Source: Clostridia bacterium
GTDB lineage: Bacteria; Bacillota; Clostridia; Monoglobales; Monoglobaceae
Direction of reading: 5' to 3'
Length of the DNA: 64,000 bases
NCBI GenBank assembly: GCA_045537065.1
Contig: JAZSOT010000015.1
Location: forward strand, 306-64,305
Shown: positions 49,796 through 59,440 of the stretch, piece after piece
Position numbering within the stretch: the first letter of the stretch is position 1
Layout of the letters: each line of letters begins with the position of its first letter
The notes under the pieces: model-generated
What the model saw: only the letters and a program-made list of their open reading frames with translations
Databases searched by the model: none
What the model was told of the DNA's origin: nothing
Made by a program: the position numbers and the translations under genes

Positions 49796-50596
49796 ATGTC
49801 ACAATATAATTCAAAGGTTATAGTTGTCACATCCGGTAAGGGTGGAGTTGGAAAAACAACAACTACTGCAAACCTTGGGGTTGGGCTGTCTAAGCTTGGT
49901 AAAAAGGTTTTACTTATAGATACAGATATCGGCCTTAGAAATTTGGATATTGTTTTAGGACTTGAAAATTCTATTGTATTTGATTTGGTTGATATAATTA
50001 ATGGTGTCTGCAATATAAAAAAAGCGATTATTAAAGATAATCGTTATGAAGGTCTTTTTATTATCCCGGCTGCACAGTCAACAGATAAGAATGTTATTAC
50101 TGCTGAGCAGATGAAAGATGTTTGTGAAAAGCTTAAAGAATATTTTGACTATATTCTTATTGATTGTCCTGCAGGAATAGAACAAGGGTTTAAAAATGCA
50201 ATTGCAGGTGCGGATACGGCGATTGTTGTTGCAACTCCTGATATTTCATCAATTAGAGATGCTGACAGGATTATTGGCTTGCTGGAAGAAAATGATTTAA
50301 ATGAACATTATCTTCTCCTTAACAAATTAAAACCTGAACTTGTAAAAAAAGGATATATGATGAATATTGATGAAATACTTGATATAATCGGCATAAGTCT
50401 TATTGGAATAGTTGTTGATGAAGAGGATGTTATTATATCAGGCAACAGGGGAGAAACTGTTGTTACCAATAATAAATCAATGGCAGGACAGGGATATAGA
50501 AATATAGTCAGAAGATTAAATGGCGAAGATGTTTTAATTATGGATTTTGAAAAAAAGGGATTTTTCGGAAGAATGAGAAATTTCTTTAAAGGATAG
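49796..50596 (+). CDS. minD: septum site-determining ATPase MinD
   Basis: 266 aa. Deviant Walker A SGKGGVGKTT. C-terminal amphipathic helix KKGFFGRMRNFFKG. Confidence 0.95.
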   Translation: MSQYNSKVIVVTSGKGGVGKTTTTANLGVGLSKLGKKVLLIDTDIGLRNLDIVLGLENSIVFDLVDIINGVCNIKKAIIKDNRYEGLFIIPAAQSTDKNVITAEQMKDVCEKLKEYFDYILIDCPAGIEQGFKNAIAGADTAIVVATPDISSIRDADRIIGLLEENDLNEHYLLLNKLKPELVKKGYMMNIDEILDIIGISLIGIVVDEEDVIISGNRGETVVTNNKSMAGQGYRNIVRRLNGEDVLIMDFEKKGFFGRMRNFFKG

Positions 50597-50624
50597 TGAA
50601 AATCTTTATTTGGGGGAATAATAG

Positions 50625-51032
50625 ATGAATATTGCATTGATAGCACATGACAAAAAGAAAGAACTCATGGTAGATTTTTGTATTGCTTATAAAGGTATTT
50701 TGCAAAAACATAATCTTTGTGCAACTGGTACTACAGGCAGTATGATTGTTGATTCGACGGGGCTTCAAGTTAGTAATTTTTTATCTGGTCCTCAAGGCGG
50801 AGATCAACAAATCGGAGCGAGAATTGCATATAATGAAATAGATCTTGTATTATTTTTCAGAGATCCTCTCACAGCAAATTCTCAGGAACCTGATGTTACT
50901 GCTTTGTTCAGACTTTGTGATATACATAATATACCTCTTGCTACAAACATTGCTACAGCAGAAGTTTTAATAAGAGGACTAGATCGTGGTGATCTTGATT
51001 GGAGAGATATTGTCAATCCCAAGCAAAGATAA
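50625..51032 (+). CDS. mgsA: methylglyoxal synthase
   Basis: 135 aa. Motifs [19 protein letters not shown]. Confidence 0.95.
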   Translation: MNIALIAHDKKKELMVDFCIAYKGILQKHNLCATGTTGSMIVDSTGLQVSNFLSGPQGGDQQIGARIAYNEIDLVLFFRDPLTANSQEPDVTALFRLCDIHNIPLATNIATAEVLIRGLDRGDLDWRDIVNPKQR

Positions 51033-51044
51033 AATTTTTATAAA

Positions 51045-51284
51045 TCAGTCAATTAAATAGTCATTTTCGTCAAGCTTTGAAATATTGACTGATCTTTTTT
51101 TTGGTGGACGTTTCAATAATCTGTTGTAATCATATTTTTTGCATACGTGTTTTGCGGAAACAAGTCCTTTTTTTTGACACATAACATCATCTGTGTTACT
51201 TAGCGGTTTACCGAATTTACATGTTGCACAATTTTTTGATACATCAAGATTATTTGAATATAGATTAAATTTTTTCTTAAACAT
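51045..51284 (-). CDS. small basic Cys4 protein, function unknown
   Basis: 79 aa. Pattern CxxC-x12-C-x12-C (CATCKF...CQKKG...CKKYD). K/R-rich. One of two minus-strand genes inside the + strand block. Confidence 0.5.
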   Translation of the reverse strand: MFKKKFNLYSNNLDVSKNCATCKFGKPLSNTDDVMCQKKGLVSAKHVCKKYDYNRLLKRPPKKRSVNISKLDENDYLID

Positions 51285-51377
51285 TATATTTGCCTGCTTT
51301 CTTAATAAGATAGCATAATTATATAATATATGACAGAAAAAATCAATATAGGATTTATTTTTTAGATTGGAGAACGA

Positions 51378-52559
51378 ATGATGAGTTACAAAAAGCTGTT
51401 TACTTCGGAGTCAGTAACCGAAGGACATCCCGATAAAATATCTGATCTTATTTCGGATGCAATTTTAGATGAAATCATAAAACAGGATAAAAATGCCAGA
51501 GTTGCTTGTGAAGTTACTGTGACAACAGGTCTTGTTATGGTTGTTGGAGAAATAACAACAACCGCTAATTTTGATGTTCAGGAAATTGTCAGAAACACTG
51601 TTAAAGAAGTTGGTTATGACAATGCAAAATATGGTTTTGATTGCAACACTTGTGCAGTTATTTCTGCTCTTGACAAACAGTCTCAGGATATTGCACTCGG
51701 GGTTGACAAGGCTCTTGAATTTAAAGAAAGCAATTCAGGAGAAGGACTTGGTGCAGGTGATCAGGGTATGATGTTTGGTTACGCTTGTGACGAAACTGAA
51801 GAATATATGCCGATGGCCATTTATCTTGCTCACAATATGGCAAGAAAGCTTACTGAAGTGAGAAAATCAGGTAAGCTTCCATATCTTCGTCCTGACGGTA
51901 AAACACAGGTTACAGTTGAATATAATGATGATAACACAGTTAAAAGAATAGATACAGTTGTTGTTTCAAGTCAGCATGATGAAAGCATAGATATTGAGAA
52001 ACTAAGAAAAGATATCAGGGAATATGTTATTAATGCAATTATTCCTGCTGAGTTAATGGATGATGAAACAAAATTCTATATTAATCCTACAGGCAGATTT
52101 GTTATTGGCGGTCCGCAGGGGGACTCAGGACATACAGGCAGAAAGATAATTGTTGACACATATGGCGGATATGCAGCACATGGTGGCGGTGCATTTTCTG
52201 GAAAAGACCCGACAAAGGTTGACAGAAGTGCAGCTTATGCAGCAAGATATGTAGCTAAAAATATAGTTGCAGCTGGACTTGCAAAAAAATGTGAGGTTCA
52301 GCTTGCCTATGCAATCGGAGTTGCACAGCCGGTATCTTTAAATATAAACACATACGGAACATCAAAAGTTAGTGAAGAAGTTTTGTGTGATTTAGTGTTT
52401 AAGAATTTTGATTTAAGTCCTGGCGGGATTATTGACACTTTAGAGCTTAGAAATCCCATATATAAGCAGACAGCAGCTTACGGTCATTTTGGAAGAAGTG
52501 ATATTAAGCTTCCATGGGAGAAAACCGATATGGCTGATATTTTAAAAAAATCTATTTAA
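51378..52559 (+). CDS. metK: S-adenosylmethionine synthase
   Basis: 393 aa. Motifs [31 protein letters not shown]. Confidence 0.97.
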   Translation: MMSYKKLFTSESVTEGHPDKISDLISDAILDEIIKQDKNARVACEVTVTTGLVMVVGEITTTANFDVQEIVRNTVKEVGYDNAKYGFDCNTCAVISALDKQSQDIALGVDKALEFKESNSGEGLGAGDQGMMFGYACDETEEYMPMAIYLAHNMARKLTEVRKSGKLPYLRPDGKTQVTVEYNDDNTVKRIDTVVVSSQHDESIDIEKLRKDIREYVINAIIPAELMDDETKFYINPTGRFVIGGPQGDSGHTGRKIIVDTYGGYAAHGGGAFSGKDPTKVDRSAAYAARYVAKNIVAAGLAKKCEVQLAYAIGVAQPVSLNINTYGTSKVSEEVLCDLVFKNFDLSPGGIIDTLELRNPIYKQTAAYGHFGRSDIKLPWEKTDMADILKKSI

Positions 52560-52622
52560 CTATATAAAGTTTGTTCTTTTGAGCAATAATATATAATAAA
52601 TTTATTACGGAGGCGACAGATT

Positions 52623-53042
52623 ATGAATATAAATGAAAAAGAATTAAATTCTGCACTTATTCCTGAAGAAACAGAAAATGGAGTTTATATATCCGATGAC
52701 GTTATATCAACGATTTCTTCTGTTGCAGCAAAGAGTGTTAAGGGTGTATTTGGTATGTACACATCACTTACAGGTGGTTTTGCCGAATTTTTAGGAAAAA
52801 AGAATAGTTCAAAAGGTGTTAAATCTGTTATTGAAGGTAAAAATTGTGAAATTGATCTTTATATTATTGTTGAGTATGGAGCAATAATTCCGGATATATG
52901 CTGGGAAATTCAGGATAAGGTAAAAAGCGATGTTGAAGCTATGACGGGATTAAATGTAACAGCAGTTAATGTTAATGTAGAAGGCGTTAATGTTGTTAAA
53001 CCTGCTGAGAAAGAAGAAAACGTGTCAGACTCTGAAGAGTAG
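52623..53042 (+). CDS. Asp23/Gls24-family envelope stress protein (YqhY-like)
   Basis: 139 aa. ISDDVISTISSVAAKSVKGV. Conserved directly upstream of nusB as in Bacillus yqhY-nusB. Confidence 0.85.
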   Translation: MNINEKELNSALIPEETENGVYISDDVISTISSVAAKSVKGVFGMYTSLTGGFAEFLGKKNSSKGVKSVIEGKNCEIDLYIIVEYGAIIPDICWEIQDKVKSDVEAMTGLNVTAVNVNVEGVNVVKPAEKEENVSDSEE

Positions 53043-53079
53043 ATTGAAACTCTTTTACGGAAGGATAAAAAATTATAAA

Positions 53080-53493
53080 ATGAAAAGAACAAAAGCTCGT
53101 GAATATGCATTTATATTATTATTTGAATATAAGTTTCAACCTGATGAAATTGAAGAAATATTAGAAGATTTTATAAAAGAATTTAAACCTTCTGATCAGG
53201 AAGAATATATCAGAAATGTTGTGTGCAGTTTTCTTAAAAACCGTGACAAAATTGATTCTATGATTAATGATGCATCTATTGAATGGAGTATGGAGAGGAT
53301 TTCAGCAGTTAATTTGTCTGTGCTCCGTCTCTCGGTATGTGAAATGCTTTTTCTTGATGATATTCCTTCAATGGTTTCTCTTAATGAAGCAATTTCTATC
53401 GGGAAAATATATAGCGGAGAAGAGAATGCTTCATATTTAAACGGTGTTTTATCAAATATAATGCACAAAATTGAGGAAGAAAAAAATGTGTAA
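53080..53493 (+). CDS. nusB: transcription antitermination factor NusB
   Basis: 137 aa from ATG 53080 (MKRTKAREYAFILLFEY). The track start 52990 overlaps the Asp23 gene. Confidence 0.9.
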   Translation: MKRTKAREYAFILLFEYKFQPDEIEEILEDFIKEFKPSDQEEYIRNVVCSFLKNRDKIDSMINDASIEWSMERISAVNLSVLRLSVCEMLFLDDIPSMVSLNEAISIGKIYSGEENASYLNGVLSNIMHKIEEEKNV

Positions 53494-54439
53494 GCAACTT
53501 TTTATAGGTATAGACACAAGTTGTTATATGACATCCATAGCATGCCTTTTTGATGATAAAGTTGTTCAATACAGAAAATCTGTTGAAGTAAAAAAAGGAA
53601 ATTGTGGGCTCAGACAATCTGAAGCCCTTTTTCAGCATATTAAGAGCTTACCGATTTTATTTGAGTCTTTTGAAAAAGATTTTAATATTAAAGATTATGA
53701 AATTCCTTGTGTTTCAGTTAGTACGACACCAAGGTCAGTTGACGGATCATATATGCCTGTTTTTTTAGCAGGATACGGACAGGCAAAAATACTTTCATCT
53801 GTTCTTGGAGCAAAACTTTTTGAAACATCACATCAGGATGGACATATAATGTCTGTTATATATACAGAAAAAGAATATTCTCTTTTGAACGAGCCATTTT
53901 TATCTGTTCACCTGTCGGGTGGAACAAGCGAAATTCTTCTTTGTGAGTTTTCTGATAATAAATTTAAAACTAAGATTGTCGGCGGAACAAAGGATTTACC
54001 TGCTGGACAATTTATTGACAGAATAGGAGTTCTTTCAGGATATCCATTTCCTGCAGGTAAATATGTTGACTCTGACGCATGTATGTATTCAGGAGAAACA
54101 TATAAAAGCAATCTATCTGTCAGTGATGGTTTTTTTAATTTTTCAGGAGAAGAAACGAAAATAAGAAGATTTTTTTTTGATAACAAAATTAGTAAAGAAG
54201 AAGCATCCTTTATGACAATGCATTTTATTTCTGAAACATTAAAAAGGGCAGTTTCTGATTTAAAGAAAAAATATAAAGTGAAAAAGGTTATTATGGCAGG
54301 CGGTGTATCCTCAAGTAAATATCTAAGAGAATGTTTTTCGGATATGTCTGGAATTATATTTTCATCTCCTGAGTATTCTGGAGATAACGCAGTTGGTGTT
54401 GCTGCTCTTGGTAAGTTATACACCTTAGGTTTGGAGTGA
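53486..54439 (+). CDS. TsaD/Kae1-like ASKHA-fold protein (divergent paralogue), function unknown
   Basis: 317 aa from ATG 53486 (GAGGAAG 5 nt upstream). Motifs GIDTSCYMTS, HQDGH, MAGGVSSSKYL and SGDNAVGVA parallel the TsaD motifs GIETSCDET, HxxGH, GGVxxN and TDNAAM. Confidence 0.6.
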   Translation: MCKQLFIGIDTSCYMTSIACLFDDKVVQYRKSVEVKKGNCGLRQSEALFQHIKSLPILFESFEKDFNIKDYEIPCVSVSTTPRSVDGSYMPVFLAGYGQAKILSSVLGAKLFETSHQDGHIMSVIYTEKEYSLLNEPFLSVHLSGGTSEILLCEFSDNKFKTKIVGGTKDLPAGQFIDRIGVLSGYPFPAGKYVDSDACMYSGETYKSNLSVSDGFFNFSGEETKIRRFFFDNKISKEEASFMTMHFISETLKRAVSDLKKKYKVKKVIMAGGVSSSKYLRECFSDMSGIIFSSPEYSGDNAVGVAALGKLYTLGLE

Positions 54440-55635
54440 TAAATATAGATAAAAATTTTTTAACTATAACAGAACTTAATTTATACATTAAGGGAATATT
54501 TGATGAAAATCCTATTCTTTCAACTGTTACGTTAAAAGGAGAAATATCAAATTTTAAAAATCATTCTACAGGACATATGTATATGTCTTTAAAAGATGAA
54601 AATAGTGTTATAAGAGCGGTTATGTTTCGTTATGCTGCGTCTAAGCTTAAATTTGTTCCTGAAAACGGGATGAAAGTTATTGTAAGAGGAAAAGTTTCTG
54701 TTTATGAAAGAGATGGGCAGTATCAGGTTTATATAGACAGTATGGAACAGGACGGACAAGGGGCAAGGTATTTAGCTTTTGAAAAATTAAAAGCAAAGCT
54801 TTTAAGTGAAGGATTATTTGATGCTAAATATAAAAAGTCTCTTCCAAAGTATCCTAAAAAAATAGGTGTTGTAACAGCTCCAACGGGTGCTGCAATCAGG
54901 GATATTTTAAATATTTTATCAAGGCGGTTTAAGTTTTCTGATGTTGTTTTATATCCTGTGCTTGTGCAAGGGGAAAATGCAGCAAAAAGTATTGTTACAG
55001 CTATAGAATATTTTAATGAAAAAAATGATACAGATGTCCTTATTGTAGGCAGAGGCGGGGGATCAATTGAGGATCTCTGGGCTTTTAATGAAGAAATTGT
55101 TGCAAGAGCTATTTTTGAAAGTCATATTCCTGTTGTTTCTGCAGTTGGACACGAAATTGATTTCACTATCTCCGATTTTGTTGCAGACCTTAGAGCTCCA
55201 ACGCCGTCGGCTGCTGCAGAGCTTGTTGTTCCAGACCAAAAAGAACTTATGGATAAATTCGGAAATGTTTATATACGGCTAAATAATTGTATTAAGCGTT
55301 ATATGGAAAACCAAAGACTTAATTTAAAATATTATTCCGACAGACCGTATTTTAAGAATCCAACATTGAAAATAAATGAGCAAAGAATGTATCTTGATAG
55401 CTTAGTTAAGGATATAGAAAATTTGAGTAACGCCATATTAAACGAAAAGAAAAAGTCGTTTGGTGTTGCCGTTTCAAAGCTTGAGGGACTTAGCCCTCTT
55501 GGAACTCTTTCAAGAGGCTTTTCACTTGCTTTTTCCGAAAAAGGGGAGCTTATTAAGTCTGTAAATGATGTTAAGTCTAACGATAGAATTGATATAAGAC
55601 TTAAAGATGGTATTATAAACACAACTGTTAATTAA
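54436..55635 (+). CDS. xseA: exodeoxyribonuclease VII large subunit
   Basis: 399 aa. OB-fold N-terminus (LTITELNLYIKGIF...GEISNFK). GTGA overlap with the upstream gene. Confidence 0.9.
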   Translation: MINIDKNFLTITELNLYIKGIFDENPILSTVTLKGEISNFKNHSTGHMYMSLKDENSVIRAVMFRYAASKLKFVPENGMKVIVRGKVSVYERDGQYQVYIDSMEQDGQGARYLAFEKLKAKLLSEGLFDAKYKKSLPKYPKKIGVVTAPTGAAIRDILNILSRRFKFSDVVLYPVLVQGENAAKSIVTAIEYFNEKNDTDVLIVGRGGGSIEDLWAFNEEIVARAIFESHIPVVSAVGHEIDFTISDFVADLRAPTPSAAAELVVPDQKELMDKFGNVYIRLNNCIKRYMENQRLNLKYYSDRPYFKNPTLKINEQRMYLDSLVKDIENLSNAILNEKKKSFGVAVSKLEGLSPLGTLSRGFSLAFSEKGELIKSVNDVKSNDRIDIRLKDGIINTTVN

Positions 55636-55647
55636 GGAGTGAAATAT

Positions 55648-55890
55648 ATGTCTTTAAATAAAGGTATTTTTGAAGAAAATTTAAAAGAGCTTGAACAAAC
55701 AGTAAAAAAGCTGGAGGAAGGGAATGTTTCCCTGGATGAAATGCTTTCGCTTTTTGAGAATGGAATAAGGCTTACAAAAAGCTGCACTGCACAACTTGAT
55801 GAAGCAGAACAAAAAATTAATATTCTACTTAAAAGTGAAAATGGTGAGCTTAGCGAAGTAGAATTTGAGGGGTTAAAAGAACAAATATGA
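55648..55890 (+). CDS. xseB: exodeoxyribonuclease VII small subunit
   Basis: 80 aa from ATG 55648 (AAGGAG 8 nt upstream). FEENLKELEQTVKKLEEGNVSLDE. Confidence 0.9.
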   Translation: MSLNKGIFEENLKELEQTVKKLEEGNVSLDEMLSLFENGIRLTKSCTAQLDEAEQKINILLKSENGELSEVEFEGLKEQI

Positions 55891-56780
55891 TTTTTTCTGA
55901 TAAATTTAGTGAATATCAGGAACTTATAAATAAAGAGCTTGAATTGATGCTTGCAGTTTGTGATGTTCCTGAAAAAAAAGTTTATGATGCAATGAATTAC
56001 AGCTTAATGGTTGGGGGTAAACGTATAAGACCGATTCTTTCCCTTGCTTTTTGTGATATGCTTGGTGGGAACCTTAAAAATGCCCTCACAGTTGGTTGTG
56101 CTATAGAATGTATCCATACATATTCACTTATTCACGATGATCTTCCCTGTATGGATAATGATGATTTAAGAAGGGGAATGCCAACCTGTCACAAAGCTTT
56201 TGATGAAGCAACTGCAACTCTTGCAGGTGACGGACTTTTAAACTTTGCATTTGAAAGATTGTCAGACCTTAGTTTATATGAAAATATACTTCCTGATAAA
56301 ATTTTAAATGTTATAAATTATATTGGGACTTGCTCAGGAGCATCAGGGATGATTGGAGGTCAGATTATAGACCTTGAATTTGAAGATAAAGAAATAACAG
56401 ATATAGAAATGTTAAAGCATCTTCACTCTAAAAAAACAGGGGCACTAATCCGTTGTAGTTCTGTTGCAGGGGTGATTGTCGCAGGAGGAGTTGAAGATGA
56501 TATAAAAAAGGCAGAAGAGTTTTCCGAGTATCTTGGACTTGCTTTTCAGATAAAAGATGACATTTTGGATTATGAGGGTGACGAATCACTTCTTGGAAAA
56601 CCAATTGGCAGTGATGCGGAAAACTGTAAATCTACATATGTTTCTGTTCTTGGAATAGATAAGGCTAAGGAATTACTTTCTATATACACAGAAAAAGCGA
56701 AAACGTCATTATCTTTATATGGAGACAAGGCAAAATTTTTGGTAGAGCTTTCAGATTATCTGTTATACAGAAATAACTAA
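55887..56780 (+). CDS. ispA: (2E,6E)-farnesyl/geranyl diphosphate synthase
   Basis: 297 aa. First DDxxD region (LIHDDLPCMDNDDLRRG) and second motif (FQIKDDILD). Confidence 0.9.
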   Translation: MIFSDKFSEYQELINKELELMLAVCDVPEKKVYDAMNYSLMVGGKRIRPILSLAFCDMLGGNLKNALTVGCAIECIHTYSLIHDDLPCMDNDDLRRGMPTCHKAFDEATATLAGDGLLNFAFERLSDLSLYENILPDKILNVINYIGTCSGASGMIGGQIIDLEFEDKEITDIEMLKHLHSKKTGALIRCSSVAGVIVAGGVEDDIKKAEEFSEYLGLAFQIKDDILDYEGDESLLGKPIGSDAENCKSTYVSVLGIDKAKELLSIYTEKAKTSLSLYGDKAKFLVELSDYLLYRNN

Positions 56781-56794
56781 AGGAATTTTTATTT

Positions 56795-58069
56795 ATGTCA
56801 GCAAAGATATTTAATGTTTTAAAAGGCACTCCTGCGTATAAAGCAGGTATAAGAAAAGGAGATACGCTTATATCTATCAACGGAAATCCTATTGTGGATT
56901 ATCTTGATTATATGTATCACAGTTCAGGAGAAAGTCTAACTCTTGAACTTGGGGATAGAAGTGTGTTTATAGATAACACTGATTATATGCCTCTTGGGAT
57001 TGAATTTGAGTCACTTCTTATTGATAAGCCTATGTCCTGCAGGAATAAGTGTATTTTTTGCTTTATTGACCAGTTGCCGTCCTGTATGAGAGAAAGCTGT
57101 TATTTTAAGGATGATGATTACAGATTATCATTTTTACAAGGGAATTATGTTACTCTAACTAATCTTTCTGATGAAGAGCTTAAAAGAATAGTAGATTATA
57201 ATATTCCTAGGATAAATGTTTCCGTTCACACAACTAATCCTGAATTAAGGGTTAAGATGCTTAACAATAAGTTTGCAGGGAAAATACTTGAGCAACTCAA
57301 AATTTTATCAGAAAGCGGACTTTCAATGAATTGCCAGATTGTTTTATGTAAGGGCATAAATGACGGTGCAGAGCTTGAAAGAACTCTTGATGATTTGTTT
57401 GAGTTCTCTGATAGTATAGAGAGTGTTTCGGTTGTTCCCGTTGGTCTTTCTGATTATAGGAGTGGACTATTTAAACTTGAGCCTTTTAATAAGGAGGACT
57501 CTATCAAAGTTATAGAGCTTTGCGAGAGACTTCAAAAAAAGTATAAAGAAAAATCAGGTACAAATTTTGTTTATCTGTCAGATGAATTTTATATAATGGC
57601 TGAAACTGAGTTTCCTGAATTTGATGAGTATTTTGGATTTCCGCAAATTGAGAACGGAGTTGGACTTTGTGCGTCTTTACTTGAGGAATTTGAAGATGCT
57701 GTGAATATGTCTGATAACTGTAATGTTTTAAACGAAAAATGTATTGTAACAGGGGAGCTTTCATATGATTTCATATGTTCACTTGTTGAAAAACTTGGTA
57801 CAGACAAAATAAAGGTTTATAAGATAAAGAACAACTTTTTTGGCGAGAAAATTACAGTTTCGGGACTTTTGGTTGGAAGAGATATAGTCGAGCAACTGAA
57901 AGAAAAAACTCTTCCGGAATATATGATAATAACTAATTCAATGCTTAGACACGATGAAGATGTTTTTCTTGATAATATGACTGTTTCTGATGTTGAAAAA
58001 GCCTTGAATGTTAAAATTAAATCCGTGAATAATGATGGATTTGAACTTTTTGATGCACTTATTGACTAA
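56795..58069 (+). CDS. PDZ-domain / radical-SAM-like DUF512 protein
   Basis: 424 aa. N-terminal PDZ-like segment (GTPAYKAGIRKGDTLISING). CRNKCIFC = Cx3Cx2C. Sits directly upstream of der. Confidence 0.75.
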   Translation: MSAKIFNVLKGTPAYKAGIRKGDTLISINGNPIVDYLDYMYHSSGESLTLELGDRSVFIDNTDYMPLGIEFESLLIDKPMSCRNKCIFCFIDQLPSCMRESCYFKDDDYRLSFLQGNYVTLTNLSDEELKRIVDYNIPRINVSVHTTNPELRVKMLNNKFAGKILEQLKILSESGLSMNCQIVLCKGINDGAELERTLDDLFEFSDSIESVSVVPVGLSDYRSGLFKLEPFNKEDSIKVIELCERLQKKYKEKSGTNFVYLSDEFYIMAETEFPEFDEYFGFPQIENGVGLCASLLEEFEDAVNMSDNCNVLNEKCIVTGELSYDFICSLVEKLGTDKIKVYKIKNNFFGEKITVSGLLVGRDIVEQLKEKTLPEYMIITNSMLRHDEDVFLDNMTVSDVEKALNVKIKSVNNDGFELFDALID

Positions 58070-58096
58070 ACATTTTTACTTGAAAGGAGAATTATT

Positions 58097-59428
58097 ATGA
58101 AACCGGTTGTTGCGGTTGTTGGAAGACCAAATGTTGGTAAATCAACTCTTTTTAATAAAATTGCCGGAAAACGCATATCTATTGTAGAAGATACTCCCGG
58201 AATAACAAGGGACCGTATTTTTGCAGATGCAGAATGGCTTGGAAAAGAATTCACTTTAATAGATACAGGTGGTATAGAACCTAATACAGATGATATTATT
58301 TTATCACAGATGCGAAATCAAGCAACACTTGCTATTGATATGGCAGATGTTATTTTGTTTATTGTTAATGTTCGTGACGGACTTACTGCTGCAGATGCTG
58401 ATGTTGCAGCTATGCTACAAAAGTCAGGAAAGCCCGTTATTCTAGTATGTAATAAGGTGGATAATCCGGGCAAACCGCCTCTTGAAGCTTATGAATTTTA
58501 TAATCTTGGAATAGGAGATCCCGTTATGGTTTCATCTATTCATGGACTTGGTGTCGGGGACCTTCTTGATATGGTTGTTGATTATTTTCCAAAAGAATAT
58601 GATACCGACGAGGAGGAAGGAGCTATCTGCGTTGCAGTTGCGGGTAAACCAAATGCTGGTAAATCTTCTCTTGTGAATAAAATTTTGGGAGAAGACCGAG
58701 TTATTGTAAGTAATATTCCTGGCACAACTAGGGATGCTATTGACAGTGAAATAACAGTTGATGGTCAAAAGTATATTTTTATTGATACTGCAGGTATGAG
58801 AAAACGCGGTAAAATTAATGAAAATGTTGAAAGATACAGCGTAGTAAGAGCATTAAATGCCGTTGAACGTGCAGATGTTTGTGTTATCCTTATTGATGCA
58901 AATGAAGGTGTAACCGAACAGGATACAAAAATTGCAGGTTACGTTCATGAGCAGGGAAAAGGTGTTATTTTAGCAGTTAATAAATGGGATATTGTTGAAA
59001 AGGAAACAAACACAATGTCCGAATTTAAGAAGAGATTAAAAGAGGGATTTAATTTTATGATGTATGCTCCACCTGTTTTTATATCTGCAAAGACAGGTCT
59101 TCGTGTTGACAATTTGTTCTCAATGATTAAAAGTGTTAAAGAACAAAACGAAAGGCGTATATCAACAGGTCTCTTAAATGATGTTATCAATGATGCGATA
59201 GCGCTTGTTCAGCCACCGTCTGATAAAGGAAAAAGGCTAAAGATATACTATGCAACCCAGGCAAGCACAAAGCCTCCGACTTTTATTCTTTTTGTTAATA
59301 ATGCAGAACTTGCTCATTATTCATATGTCAGATACCTTGAAAATAAAATAAGGGAAACTTTTGGATTTGAAGGAACACCGATTAAGTTCATTATTCGTGA
59401 AAAAGGCGAAAAAGCTGGCATTAATTAA
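58097..59428 (+). CDS. der: ribosome biogenesis GTPase Der (EngA)
   Basis: 443 aa. Two tandem GTPase domains (GRPNVGKST and GKPNAGKSS; DTGG and DTAG; NKVD and NKWD) plus a KH-like C-terminus. Confidence 0.97.
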   Translation: MKPVVAVVGRPNVGKSTLFNKIAGKRISIVEDTPGITRDRIFADAEWLGKEFTLIDTGGIEPNTDDIILSQMRNQATLAIDMADVILFIVNVRDGLTAADADVAAMLQKSGKPVILVCNKVDNPGKPPLEAYEFYNLGIGDPVMVSSIHGLGVGDLLDMVVDYFPKEYDTDEEEGAICVAVAGKPNAGKSSLVNKILGEDRVIVSNIPGTTRDAIDSEITVDGQKYIFIDTAGMRKRGKINENVERYSVVRALNAVERADVCVILIDANEGVTEQDTKIAGYVHEQGKGVILAVNKWDIVEKETNTMSEFKKRLKEGFNFMMYAPPVFISAKTGLRVDNLFSMIKSVKEQNERRISTGLLNDVINDAIALVQPPSDKGKRLKIYYATQASTKPPTFILFVNNAELAHYSYVRYLENKIRETFGFEGTPIKFIIREKGEKAGIN

Positions 59429-59440
59429 TAGGAGATTATT

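Noticed and set aside
51285-51377. Expected SAM riboswitch upstream of metK
   Set aside because: Only 93 nt of very AT-rich sequence is available, and part of it must be the divergent promoter. There is no room or GC-paired helices for an S-box.
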